A DNA stretch of 64,000 bases from Candidatus Dormiibacterota bacterium (lineage in GTDB: Bacteria; Chloroflexota; Dormibacteria; Aeolococcales; Aeolococcaceae): positions 90,473 to 154,472 of the forward strand of contig CAVWEG010000008.1 in NCBI GenBank assembly GCA_963754015.1, given 5' to 3'. The translations under genes and the position numbers were made by a program. Numbering within the stretch: position 1 is the stretch's first letter; every line of letters starts with the position of its first letter. Of this stretch, positions 15,786 through 25,080 are shown one piece after another. The notes under the pieces are model-generated. The model made no database searches and was not told the DNA's origin. It saw nothing but the letters and a program-made list of their open reading frames with translations.

Positions 15786-17279
15786 CTAGCTGCCGATCCC
15801 GGGATCACCGAGGAACGCCTGCTCCTCGTTGCTGCCAAGCACGACGATGACGTCGCCCACCGTCGGCGCGGGCGTCGCAGTCGGGACGCCAGTCCCTGTC
15901 GCAGTCGGAACGGGGGTCGGCGGAGGCTGGGTGATCACGCTGACGCCGAAGTATGCGGCCAGCCAGTCCGCAGCGGCTGTGTCCGCGCCGCCGCTCTGAT
16001 CGATCACCTGCGTCACTGCCTGTTTCGTCCCCTTGCCGCCGTTGATCGTGTCGAACCCGAGCATGCCCATGATCCCGGCCCACCGGCCCGACGCATTGTT
16101 GCCACCGCCGCTCTCGTCGACGAAGCGCACATGGGCGCCGTCGGCAAGAGCCGCCGGGGTCGGGAAGATGTCCTGCACGTAGTGGCTCAGCGTCTTGAAG
16201 CTCGAATCGTGCGCGAAGAGGTAGGCACCGCCGCACTTCGACGGGTAGTTGCAGTCGTAAAGGAAGTTCGTGTCATCGATGCTGACGTGCTCGATGCTCG
16301 CCGGGTTGACTCCCTGCACGAGCCCGTACAGCGATTCAGCGTCGCTGATCGTGAGGTTCGTGAGCACGTTGTCGCCGAGGGCGTTGATGACATCGGGCAA
16401 CTTGCCGATGCCACCGATGCTCTCGATCTGCTGCTTCAGCGCGATGATGATCTGCTGCTGGCGGCGGCTGCGCGCAAAGTCCGATCCCTGCCCGTTGTTG
16501 CCGTGGCGGGACCTGGCATAGATGAGCGCCGTCGCCCCGTTCATGTGCTGCTCGCCCGCTTTGAAGCGCACCGTCTCGTACCCGCAGTTCCCCTCTGCGC
16601 ATTCGCCAGCCGGGTACTGGTTGTCGGTGAACCCAGTCGGCACATCGATGTTGATGCCGCCCACGGCGTCCACGGCCTGCTTGAACGCCTCGAAATTGAC
16701 GCCGACGAAGTAGTTGACTCCGATTCCGAGGAGGTGCTCGATGAGCGGGTCGGCGACTGCGGCTCCGGCGTCGACAGAGCTCGCAGGCTCCGGGCCCTCG
16801 CCGAGCTCGCCGGCCGCGTATGCAAAATTGATCCGCTGGTCCGTCGCCTGGCCGTTCTTGAGCGGGATGCGGACGTACCAATCGCGCGGAATCGAGATCT
16901 CAGCCACCTGTGGCGCGTGATTGGCAATCGGCTGGATCGACACAACCATGATCGAGTCGGTGAGATCGCCACCGTCGTGCCCGTCGCCGCCGTAGCCGTA
17001 GAGCACGATGTTGATGCGCTGCAGGCTCCGGCGCTCCTGATCGATCGCCGACCCTCCACCGCCGCCGAGCGCGTTGAGCGCAGCGCTGATCGGGCTGGTG
17101 TGGAATGTCTTCGCGAGTGCGAACGAGAGCCGGACGCCATACACGACAGCGCCGGCCAAGGCGAGCGAGAACACCAGCGTGACGGAGAGGATCACTCGCT
17201 TCCGCGTGAGCCATCTCGGGAAAACGTTGTATCGCGACCGCCGCTTCCGGCGGGACGCGGACCTGCTGATGGTTGCCAT
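15786..17279 (-). CDS. LytR-CpsA-Psr (LCP) family protein with a C-terminal LytR_C-like extension
   Basis: RKRRSRY basic N-terminus plus a TM helix. LCP core INIVLYGYGGDG...DSIMVVSIQP...SIPRDWYV...ARSRHGNNGQGSDFARSRRQQQI. Pro/Thr-rich C-terminal linker. The start is taken at ATG 17279; the ORF opens at 17333. Confidence 0.8.
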   Translation of the reverse strand: MATISRSASRRKRRSRYNVFPRWLTRKRVILSVTLVFSLALAGAVVYGVRLSFALAKTFHTSPISAALNALGGGGGSAIDQERRSLQRINIVLYGYGGDGHDGGDLTDSIMVVSIQPIANHAPQVAEISIPRDWYVRIPLKNGQATDQRINFAYAAGELGEGPEPASSVDAGAAVADPLIEHLLGIGVNYFVGVNFEAFKQAVDAVGGINIDVPTGFTDNQYPAGECAEGNCGYETVRFKAGEQHMNGATALIYARSRHGNNGQGSDFARSRRQQQIIIALKQQIESIGGIGKLPDVINALGDNVLTNLTISDAESLYGLVQGVNPASIEHVSIDDTNFLYDCNYPSKCGGAYLFAHDSSFKTLSHYVQDIFPTPAALADGAHVRFVDESGGGNNASGRWAGIMGMLGFDTINGGKGTKQAVTQVIDQSGGADTAAADWLAAYFGVSVITQPPPTPVPTATGTGVPTATPAPTVGDVIVVLGSNEEQAFLGDPGIGS

Positions 17280-17486
17280 GGATGTGGTGTTCTCTTGAGA
17301 TTCCGAACTGTTGTACGGACCGCCGCAAGGCAATCGCGGGGTCGGCGCTGTTCGACGGCTTCCTTACTGGGGAACGCGCATTGACAGTTACCGGTTACCC
17401 GCCGACGACCTAGCGTACCCCACGCTTCGCTCGTCAGGAGCCGACAGTGGCATTATCAGCGGCCTATTCGGGATGGAGGAATCAAG

Positions 17487-18452
17487 GTGCGCGCACAACA
17501 GGTTCACGGCCTCGAAGGGCCTTCGGGACTGCAACTCGTCGACGTCGAGGAGCCCGAGGACAGCGATCGGGTCGTCATCGAGGTGGCGGGCGCCGGGGTC
17601 AGCTTTCCCGATCTCCTCCTGACCCGCGGCGAGTATCAGATGAAGCCCCCATTGCCCTTTGTCCCCGGGGTCGAGGTTGCCGGGAGCGTTCGCTCGGCGC
17701 CGCTCGGCTCGGGATTCCGGGCCGGCGACCGCGTGATGGCGTTCACGATGCTCGGCGGATTCGCCGATGTGGCCGTCGCCGAGCCTGCGTTCACGCTCGC
17801 GATCCCGACCGGGCTGAGCCTCGAGGCAGCCTCCGGGTTCGTCATGAACTACCACACCGCGCATTTCGCCCTGGCCCGCAGGGCACGGCTGCGCGCGGGC
17901 GAGCGCATCGCCATCCACGGAGCCGCCGGTGGCATCGGCACGGCTGCGATCCAGGTCGCGCGTGGGCTCGGCGCCGAGGTGATCGCGATCGCCGCCGGAC
18001 CCGACAAGATGCACATCGCCGAGCGTGCCGGCGCCCATCGCGTGCTCGACGCCGAAGGCGATTGGGTTTCTGCGCTCCGAGCGCAGAACGACGGACACGG
18101 CGTCAACGCGATCCTCGATCCGGTCGGTGGCGAGCGCTTCGATCTGAGCATCCGCTGCCTCGCGCCGGAGGGCCGCCTCATCGTGGTCGGGTTCACCGAC
18201 GGCAGGATCCCGTCCGTACAGGTGAACCGAGTCCTGCTCCGCAACATCGACATCGTCGGCGCTGCGTGGGGCGCATTCCTCGGCCTCGAGCCATCGCTGT
18301 TCGGCGAGACGCAGCGGGCCCTCAACACGATGATCGATGCAGGAACGATTGCCCCGATCGTCGGGAAGACGTATCCGCTCGAGGAGGCTGAGGCTGCGCT
18401 CACGCTGCTTGGCTCCCGGCAGGCCACAGGGAAGATCGTCCTTCACATGTAG
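17487..18452 (+). CDS. NADPH:quinone oxidoreductase / zeta-crystallin-like MDR family protein
   Basis: PFVPGVEVAGSV substrate-domain motif. Rossmann motif AAGGIGTAAIQVARGLGA. C-terminal ATGKIVLH. The GTG start is preceded by GGAGGAA. Confidence 0.85.
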   Translation: MRAQQVHGLEGPSGLQLVDVEEPEDSDRVVIEVAGAGVSFPDLLLTRGEYQMKPPLPFVPGVEVAGSVRSAPLGSGFRAGDRVMAFTMLGGFADVAVAEPAFTLAIPTGLSLEAASGFVMNYHTAHFALARRARLRAGERIAIHGAAGGIGTAAIQVARGLGAEVIAIAAGPDKMHIAERAGAHRVLDAEGDWVSALRAQNDGHGVNAILDPVGGERFDLSIRCLAPEGRLIVVGFTDGRIPSVQVNRVLLRNIDIVGAAWGAFLGLEPSLFGETQRALNTMIDAGTIAPIVGKTYPLEEAEAALTLLGSRQATGKIVLHM

Positions 18453-18456
18453 GTCG

Positions 18457-18462
18457 CATACT
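18457..18462 (+). promoter_or_regulatory. putative -10-like hexamer CATACT within the recurrent GGTCGCATACTCGAA motif
   Basis: 9 nt upstream of the GTG at 18472. The 15-mer is identical to the one at 7339-7353. Confidence 0.3.
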
Positions 18463-18471
18463 CGAAGGACC

Positions 18472-18888
18472 GTGAACCGCAGGCTCGGTTTGGCCTTGGT
18501 CGCCGCATGCATGCTCGTGGCATGCGGGTCGACCACGACCGCTCCCAGCTGGTTCGTGAGCACCTACTCCGGCGCGCCTTCCAGTGTCACGCTCACAGAC
18601 GGCAGCCCCGTCGCGGTGTGGGCCGCCGCTGATCAGCTGGCGGTCGTCGTGTGGTGGAGCTCCTCATGCCCAAAGCTCCCCGTTGCTCGGCGGGTCGCCG
18701 GCAACACGCTGACGCTGACGTTGAGCAGCGGCACGGGGCCGAACGGAGAGCCGTGCACAACTGACCTTGCGCCGACGACGACGGTGATTCGCGTTCCCGC
18801 CTCGATCGATCAAACCCGGCCGGTGAGCGTTTCCTTCGTCAACGACGGTTCCAGTCCACGCACCGTTGTGCTCGCGCCCCGGGGTTGA
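18472..18888 (+). CDS. putative lipoprotein, unknown function
   Basis: A GTG start gives VNRRLGLALVAACMLVACGS, a signal peptide with a lipobox (LVAC). The remainder shows no recognisable family. The upstream part of ORF 18337.. overlaps the quinone oxidoreductase gene. Confidence 0.5.
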   Translation: MNRRLGLALVAACMLVACGSTTTAPSWFVSTYSGAPSSVTLTDGSPVAVWAAADQLAVVVWWSSSCPKLPVARRVAGNTLTLTLSSGTGPNGEPCTTDLAPTTTVIRVPASIDQTRPVSVSFVNDGSSPRTVVLAPRG

Positions 18889-18897
18889 ACAGGAGCG

Positions 18898-20046
18898 CTA
18901 GTTGCCGAGCAGGTCCCTCGCGATCACCACACGCTGGATCTGGCTGGTGCCTTCGTAGATCTGCGTGATCTTCGCGTCGCGCATCATGCGTTCAACCGGG
19001 TACTCGTTCACGTAGCCGTAGCCGCCGAGAATCTGCACCGCGTCGGTGGTCACCTTCATCGCCGTGTCGGCAGCGAGCAACTTCGCGATGGCTGCGAAAT
19101 GGCCGACCTCCGGGCTCTTGTCGTCGATGAGCTGTGACGCCCAGTAGACCATCGCGCGTGCGGCCGCAGTCTGCGCCTCCATGTCCGCGACCATGAACTG
19201 GATGCCCTGGAACTCGGCGATCGGCTTGCCGAACTGCTTGCGTTCCTTCGCATAACCGACGGCGTAGTCGAGCGCGCCCTGCGCGATGCCGAGCGCTTGC
19301 GACGCAACCCCCGGACGCGACCGATCGAGCACCTTCATCGCGATCCGGAAACCGTCGCCCTCCTCGCCGATGCGGTTCGCAGCCGGGACGACGACCTCAT
19401 CGAAGTGCAGCTCGGCCGTGTTGCTGCCGCGGATGCCGAGCTTGCCGTGAATTGTGGTCGCGGTGAAGCCCTTGAGATGCTGGGCGTCCTCGAGCACGAA
19501 CGCGCTTACGCCTTTGGAACGCTGTGCCGGATCGGTCTTGGCGAAGACGGTGATGGTGTCCGCGACGCCCCCGGCCGTGATCCAGATCTTGCTGCCGGTG
19601 ATGACGTACTCGTCGCCGTGGCGGTCGGCGCGCGTCACCATCCCCGCGGGGTCGCTCCCGGCGCCCGGTTCGCTCAGTGCGTACGCGCTGAGCTTGGCGC
19701 CGCTCGCGAGGTCCGGCAGCAGGCGCGCCTTCTGCTCGTCGCTGCCGGCGATCATCAGCGCATAGCCGCCGAGCGCCTGAACGGTGAGGATCAGCGCGCT
19801 GGTTGCGCAGACCTTGGCGATCTCCTCGATCGCGACGTTGAGCGTCAGTGCGCTCCCGGAGAGACCGCCGTAGTCGGGCGGAAAGGGCAGTGCGAACAGG
19901 TCGTGCTTGCGATAGAGATCGACGATGTCCCATGGGAACTCGCCGGTTCGATCGATGTCCGCGGCGCGCGGTGCGATCTTCTCGCGCGCAATGTCACGCA
20001 CCGTGTCACGGATCGCAATCTGCTCTTCGTTGAGGCGAACGTCCAT
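18898..20046 (-). CDS. acyl-CoA dehydrogenase (short/medium-chain type)
   Basis: Canonical ACAD over its full length: ALSEPGAGSD, YAKERKQFGKPIAEFQGIQFMVADM, ILGGYGY, and IYEGTSQIQ containing the catalytic Glu. Confidence 0.9.
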   Translation of the reverse strand: MDVRLNEEQIAIRDTVRDIAREKIAPRAADIDRTGEFPWDIVDLYRKHDLFALPFPPDYGGLSGSALTLNVAIEEIAKVCATSALILTVQALGGYALMIAGSDEQKARLLPDLASGAKLSAYALSEPGAGSDPAGMVTRADRHGDEYVITGSKIWITAGGVADTITVFAKTDPAQRSKGVSAFVLEDAQHLKGFTATTIHGKLGIRGSNTAELHFDEVVVPAANRIGEEGDGFRIAMKVLDRSRPGVASQALGIAQGALDYAVGYAKERKQFGKPIAEFQGIQFMVADMEAQTAAARAMVYWASQLIDDKSPEVGHFAAIAKLLAADTAMKVTTDAVQILGGYGYVNEYPVERMMRDAKITQIYEGTSQIQRVVIARDLLGN

Positions 20047-20079
20047 GCGTCTGATGCTACCAATCCCGCAACGGGCGGG

Positions 20080-21192
20080 TCATGGCTTGAGCAGCTGACG
20101 CGCGATCACGACGCGCTGGATCTGGTTGGTGCCTTCGTAGATCTGACATGCCTTGGCGTCGCGAAATCGCACCGCCGCCGGATGATCATCGACGCCGGAT
20201 TCCGGAGCGCAGAGATCGACGGCCGCCTGGGCAACCGCGACACATGTGTCGGTCGAGTACAGCTTCGCAATCGAGGCATCGAGCGTGACGCGCTCACCCG
20301 CGTCGACAAGCGATGCTGCAAAGCGGGTGAGCTGTCGCGACGCAGCAGTGCGAACCTCCATGTCAGCGAGGGCGGTGGTATCGATGTCCACGCCCGCATC
20401 ACGACGGCTCCGCGAAGCGGCCACCGCTGCGTCGAGCGCCCCCTGAGCGATGCCGACCGCCTGCGCAGAGATGCCGACGCGGCCGCTGTCGAGCGCCGAC
20501 ATCGCCACCGTGAAGCCGATGCCCTCATCACCGAGTCGATTGGCAGCGGGAACGCGCACGCCCTGCAGGACAAGCTCCGCGGTCCACGAACCGTGCAAGC
20601 CCATCTTCTCGAGCGGGATCCCGGCGCTGACGCCCGGCCAGGCGCCTTCTACAAGGAACGCGCTGACACCGCGCGAACCGCTGCCGGTCCGTGCCATCAC
20701 GATGTACAAGTCGGCGTCGCCCGCACTCGTGATGAACGCTTTGGACCCGTCCAGCACATAGATGTCTCCGTCGCGAACCGCCTGTGTCTGCAGCGCCACT
20801 GCATCGCTGCCACCCGCAGGCTCGGTGAGCGCGAACGCGGCGAGCCATTCCCCGGACGCGAGCCTGGGGAGGTATCGCGACTTCTGGTCATTATTGCCAA
20901 AAACGATGAGCGGCTCGGTGCCCACCGATAGATGCACGTCGAGCACCACCGCGCTGCTCGCGTCGGCCCGTGCGACAGCCTCGATGAATTCGATGAAGTC
21001 ACGGTGCGTGCCGCCCGCTCCACCATAGTCGGCCGAGGTCAGGATGCCGGCGAGCCCGGCTTCCCCCGCCGACTCGACGAGGCGCTTCGGATGCGGTCCC
21101 TCGCCGCGAGCCATCGCCGGTGCGATCGGCGTGACGACGTCCTGAACGAATCCAGCGATGCGCTCGGCGAACGCGGTGCCTTCGATGTTCAG
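20080..21192 (-). CDS. divergent acyl-CoA dehydrogenase paralogue, apparently initiating at a non-canonical codon (CTG 21192 or ATC 21186)
   Basis: ACAD core is present (ALTEPAGGSD, IYEGTNQIQ). However the FGKPIxxFQ segment and the GGxGY motif are replaced (SRSRRDAGVDIDTT, LCAPESGV). ACAD-like N-terminal sequence (NIEGTAFAERIAGFVQDVVTPIAPAM) continues upstream of the first ATG at 21114. There is no ATG, GTG or TTG before the in-frame stop at 21276-21278. The CTG overlaps the thiolase stop (CTGA). Confidence 0.65.
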   Translation of the reverse strand: MNIEGTAFAERIAGFVQDVVTPIAPAMARGEGPHPKRLVESAGEAGLAGILTSADYGGAGGTHRDFIEFIEAVARADASSAVVLDVHLSVGTEPLIVFGNNDQKSRYLPRLASGEWLAAFALTEPAGGSDAVALQTQAVRDGDIYVLDGSKAFITSAGDADLYIVMARTGSGSRGVSAFLVEGAWPGVSAGIPLEKMGLHGSWTAELVLQGVRVPAANRLGDEGIGFTVAMSALDSGRVGISAQAVGIAQGALDAAVAASRSRRDAGVDIDTTALADMEVRTAASRQLTRFAASLVDAGERVTLDASIAKLYSTDTCVAVAQAAVDLCAPESGVDDHPAAVRFRDAKACQIYEGTNQIQRVVIARQLLKP

Positions 21193-22365
21193 TCGACCCG
21201 TACCAGAGTCGCCTCGCCCTGGGCGACGCCGCTGCAGATACCGGCAGCTCCATATCCGCCACCGCGACGGCGCAGCTCATAGAGGAGGGTCATGAGGATT
21301 CGCGCACCGCTCGCGCCGATGGGATGGCCGATGGCAATCGCACCGCCGTTGACGTTCACACGGTCGGGATCCACCTCGAGCATGCGCGTGCTCGTGATCG
21401 CGACGGCGGCGAACGCCTCATTGATCTCCACGACCTCGAGCTTGCCGGCGTCGATCTCCCCGTGCGTCCGGCGCATCGCTGCTTCGATCGCCAGAGCCGG
21501 CACCGTCGCAAGGTACGGGTGCTCGGCCGCTGACTCGCCGTATGTCAGCCAAGTCCCGAGCGGCGTATGTCCTTCGGCGCGCGCCCGCTCCGCGCTCATC
21601 AGCATGACCGCGGTGGCCCCATCGTTCATCCCGGGTGCGTTGCCCGCGGTCACGGTCGATCCATCGCCAAATGCACCGCGCAATGCCGACAGCTTCTCGA
21701 GTGTCGAATCCGAACGCGGTTGCTCATCGCGCTCGACGCTGCCGCCGCTTCACGGCGACGGGCACGATCTCTTCAGCGAACTTGCCGGCCGCGAGCGCGT
21801 CCTGATAACGCATCTGGGACCGGAGCGCCCACTCGTCCTGCTCGAGCCTGCTCACGCCGAGCTCGGCGGCGACATCGCTGCCGTGCACGCCCATGAGCAC
21901 GCCGTCGACGGGGCAGCAGAGACCGTCGCGCATCATGCTGTCGACGGCGACACGATCACCGAAGCGGCTGCCGAACCGCTGATCCTCGAGCAGATACGGA
22001 GAGCGGGACATGGATTCCATGCCGCCCGCGATGACGACGTCGGCCTCCCCCGCGCGGATCAACAACGCGCCGAGATTCACCGCTTTGAGCGCGCTCGCGC
22101 AGACCTTGTTGACGGTGAACGACGACACGGTTGCCGGGAGCCCGGCGCGCAATCCCGCCTGACGCGACGGCACCTGGCCCTGGCCGGCGGGGAGCACCAT
22201 CCCCATGATCAATTGGTCGACGACCGCTGGATCCGTACGAGTGCGGTCAAGCACCTCGCGAATGACGCGCGCGCCGAGGTCGACGGGCGGCACGCCGGCA
22301 AGTCCACCGCCGAGCTTCCCGAACGGGGTGCGCGCCGCAGCGACGATGACCACCTCAGTTGTCAC
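21189..22365 (-). pseudogene. acetyl-CoA acetyltransferase (thiolase) interrupted by a frameshift near 21745-21750
   Basis: The N-terminal ORF 21724..22365 (VNKVCASALKA active-site Cys region) ends VPVAVKRRQRRAR*. Shifting one base after VAVK reads GGSVERDEQPRSDSTLEKLSALRGAFGDGSTVTAGNAPGMNDG... through to GHPIGASGARIL and CSGVAQGEA (ORF 21189..21683). One extra base in the GC run AAGCGGCGGC explains the break. Confidence 0.8.
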
Positions 22366-23533
22366 GGTCAGCCTCGAGCACCTCGAATGGACGGAGCAGG
22401 TGGCGCGCGATGAGGATGCGCTGCACTTCGCTCGTGCCCTCGCCGATCTCGTTGATCTTCACGTCGCGATAGAGGCGGGCCACGGGCGACTCCTCCATGA
22501 ACCCCATGCCGCCATGGATCTGGACCGCCTGGTTCGCGCACGCGGTGGCCACCTCGGACGCATGCAACTTCGCCATCGACGCATAGGGTGCCGCGCTTTT
22601 GCCCGCGTCAATCGCGGCCGCGGCGCGCCAGGTCATCAGGCGGGCGAGCTCGATCTGCGTGCCCATGTCGGCCAATTTGAATTGCGTCGCCTGGAACGTC
22701 GCGATCGGCACGCCGAACTGATGACGCGCCGACGAGTACGCAAGCGACGCGTCGAGACACGCCTGAGCAACACCGACCGACAGTGCCGCGATGGCGACAC
22801 GGCCACCTTCGAGGATCTGCAGGAACTGCGTCAGGCCGGCACCGATCTCGCCGATGAGATTGCCGACCGGCACGCGACAGTCCTCGAAGATCAGCTCGCG
22901 CGTGTCGGAGGCGTGCCAGCCGAGCTTGCGGTACTTCGGCGCCTGCGTATATCCGGGCGTCCCGCGCTCCACAGCGATCGTGCTGATCTCCTTGTGCGAG
23001 TTCTGCGTCGCAGTCACGGCGGTGATCGTCACGCCCGCGCTGATGTCGGTCCCGGCATTGGTGATGAATGCCTTGCGGCCGTTGATCACCCACTCGTCGC
23101 CGTCACGGACTGCCCGCGTCTGCGTGCCGGCCGCGTCCGAGCCGGCGTCGGGTTCCGTGAGCCCGAAAGCCCAGAGGCGCTCGCCGCTCATGAGCGATCC
23201 GAGCCAGCGCTGCTGCTGCTCGCGCGTCCCGAACTTCGCGATCGGCGAGATGCCGAGCGACACGGCCGCCTCGAGGGTGATCGCACAACTTGCGTCGGCA
23301 CGGGCGACCTCCTCCATCGCGAGGCAGTACGACATGAAGTCGCCGCCGGCGCCGCCGATCTCTTCGGGAAATGGCAACGAGAACAGCCCCAGCTGGGCCA
23401 TCCCGGCGACGATGTCGTATGGGAAGTCGCCGGTCTCGTCGTAGTGAGCAGCCCGCGGCGCTATCTCCGTCTGTGCAAAGTCGCGAACGGCGTCACGAAC
23501 CTGGCGCTGCTCGTCGCTGAGATCAAAATTCAC
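22355..23533 (-). CDS. acyl-CoA dehydrogenase
   Basis: Canonical ACAD: GLTEPDAGSD, YSSARHQFGVPIATFQATQFKLADM, IHGGMGF, INEIGEGTSEVQ. The GTG at 23533 gives VNFDLSDEQRQVRDAVRDFA, a typical ACAD N-terminus. The 3' end overlaps the thiolase start by 11 nt. Confidence 0.9.
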   Translation of the reverse strand: MNFDLSDEQRQVRDAVRDFAQTEIAPRAAHYDETGDFPYDIVAGMAQLGLFSLPFPEEIGGAGGDFMSYCLAMEEVARADASCAITLEAAVSLGISPIAKFGTREQQQRWLGSLMSGERLWAFGLTEPDAGSDAAGTQTRAVRDGDEWVINGRKAFITNAGTDISAGVTITAVTATQNSHKEISTIAVERGTPGYTQAPKYRKLGWHASDTRELIFEDCRVPVGNLIGEIGAGLTQFLQILEGGRVAIAALSVGVAQACLDASLAYSSARHQFGVPIATFQATQFKLADMGTQIELARLMTWRAAAAIDAGKSAAPYASMAKLHASEVATACANQAVQIHGGMGFMEESPVARLYRDVKINEIGEGTSEVQRILIARHLLRPFEVLEADRDN

Positions 23534-23564
23534 TGTGCCTAACGGTAGCGCGGCGGGATGGGGC

Positions 23565-24083
23565 CTAGGTTCGATTGAGCAGGCGCCGTGTTGAGTCACG
23601 CACCGCTCGAAGGCGTTCCGCATCGATCTCCGGATAGTCCTTGGGCACCAATGCCACGAGGCCGGACGGCAACGGGCGTTCCTCGACCTCGCCTTTGATC
23701 AACGCGTCATTGAGCGCGTCGCCCGCCACGTGCGGCGCCAGGTGCGCGTGCATGTGCGGAACGTGGTCGCCAAAGATGTACACGTATACGAGGACGGCGC
23801 CTGCGGCCTCGCGCAATGCGGCCGTGCACCGAGCCAGGACCGGCCCGAATGTCGCCGCCTCCTCACCGTCCATGTCGGCGACGCTGGGGATATGCCGCTT
23901 GGGTTCGAGGTAACTGAACCCAGGGGTGACGTCACCGGGACCGACACTGGTCGTCAGCCGCCAGAGCGAGTCCTCCCAGATCTGCTCGCGTCCGAGCTCT
24001 GCGTCAGCCGCCCTGCCGCGGCAGAGGACGCAGCCATCGGCCAACCTACTGTCCGAGCCTCGCCGCGGTGAGCAGCACGACAT
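23565..24083 (-). CDS. HIT (histidine triad) family protein
   Basis: CVLC near the N-terminus and the histidine triad [12 protein letters not shown]. The annotated start at 24083 overlaps the sucD 3' end by 38 nt, so the true start is uncertain. Confidence 0.65.
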   Translation of the reverse strand: MSCCSPRRGSDSRLADGCVLCRGRAADAELGREQIWEDSLWRLTTSVGPGDVTPGFSYLEPKRHIPSVADMDGEEAATFGPVLARCTAALREAAGAVLVYVYIFGDHVPHMHAHLAPHVAGDALNDALIKGEVEERPLPSGLVALVPKDYPEIDAERLRAVRDSTRRLLNRT

Positions 24084-24921
24084 CCTCGATGGTGTCGGCG
24101 ATGGCGGCGCCGGCCTCGGTAAGGGCGTCGATCTTGCTCTGAGCGCTCCCGGTTGTCCCGCTGATGATCGCGCCAGCGTGGCCCATGCGCTTGCCTGGCG
24201 GGGCTGTGCGACCGGAGATGAAGGCGATCACCGGCTTGTCGAACCCGGTCTCGCGGATCCACGTCGCCGCGGTCTCCTCGTCAGAGCCGCCGATCTCTCC
24301 GATGATCACCACGGCACGCGTCTCGGGGTCATCCGCGAACAGTTGCAACACATCGGGAAAGCTGAGCCCCATAACGGGATCGCCACCGATCCCGACAGAC
24401 GTGGTCTGCCCCATTCCCCCCTGACCGAGACCCTGGATGACCTCATAGGTGAGCGTCCCGCTCCTCCCGACGATGCCCACCGGTCCCGGTGTGTTGATGT
24501 GGTTCGGGATGATCCCGATCTTGCACTGGTCCGGCGTGACGATCCCCGGGCAGTTCGCCCCGAGCAGGTCATGTCCAGTCCGAAGCACGAACTCCCGCGC
24601 GCGGATCATGTCCTGCACCGGAATGCCCTCGGTGATGCAAACAGTCAGCCGAATCCCGCCGGCGGCCAACTCCATGATCGCGTCGGCGGCGAACGGCGGC
24701 GGCACGAAGATGCCGGAGACATCGGCACCGGTAGCGGCAACAGCATCCGCGACCGTGTCGAAGATCGGCACCCCGTCCTGATCAGTCCCGCCCTTTCCGG
24801 GCGAAACACCGGCGACGACATTCGTGCCGAAAGCGCGCATCTGCCCGGTGTGGAAGCTGCCTTCCCGCCCGGTAATCCCCTGGATGAGCACACGACTGGA
24901 GCGATCGACAAGCACGCTCAT
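24046..24921 (-). CDS. sucD: succinyl-CoA synthetase alpha subunit
   Basis: [25 protein letters not shown], and the phosphohistidine loop [10 protein letters not shown]. Confidence 0.95.
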   Translation of the reverse strand: MSVLVDRSSRVLIQGITGREGSFHTGQMRAFGTNVVAGVSPGKGGTDQDGVPIFDTVADAVAATGADVSGIFVPPPFAADAIMELAAGGIRLTVCITEGIPVQDMIRAREFVLRTGHDLLGANCPGIVTPDQCKIGIIPNHINTPGPVGIVGRSGTLTYEVIQGLGQGGMGQTTSVGIGGDPVMGLSFPDVLQLFADDPETRAVVIIGEIGGSDEETAATWIRETGFDKPVIAFISGRTAPPGKRMGHAGAIISGTTGSAQSKIDALTEAGAAIADTIEDVVLLTAARLGQ

Positions 24922-24952
24922 GTGGCATCTCCGGCCGAATCAAGCTGAGCTC

Positions 24953-25080
24953 GGGAGGGAAGGGCATGACCGGAGCGGGGCCGTCTCGCAGTCCGGGCTA
25001 CCCCCCCGGGCGAGAGCGAGGGGCGGAACGGCAAAGGCGTTCCGACCCCGTGCCCTGCGCAGGGCATGCCCTTCCCTCCG
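24953..25080. repeat. ~128-nt GC-rich nested inverted-repeat element in the sucC-sucD spacer (structured RNA or MITE/REP-like insertion)
   Basis: The outer arms GGGAGGGAAGGGCATG (24953-24968) and CATGCCCTTCCCTCC (25065-25079) are perfectly complementary over 15 bp. Internal hairpins are CGGAACG/CGTTCCG (25024-25030 / 25038-25044), TCTCGC..CCGGG / CCCGG..GCGAGA (24984-25015) and CGGGG/CCCCG (24976-24980 / 25046-25050). Confidence 0.5.

Noticed and set aside
15708-17384. 558-aa plus-strand ORF opposite the second LCP gene. Similar long antisense ORFs occur at 19297..20931, 36617..38479, 40594..41793, 55608..56750, 56513..57934 and 58371..59774.
   Set aside because: All lie antisense to genes with clear family signatures and have the skewed composition of out-of-frame GC-rich sequence. 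None shows a recognisable motif.
17381-17400. TTGACA followed by the direct repeat GTTACC-G-GTTACC upstream of the quinone oxidoreductase gene, as a promoter/operator
   Set aside because: The spacing from TTGACA to the nearest TANNNT (TAGCGT at 17411) is 24 nt, too long for a sigma-70-type promoter. The repeat occurs only once in the window. Noted, but not supportable as a feature.
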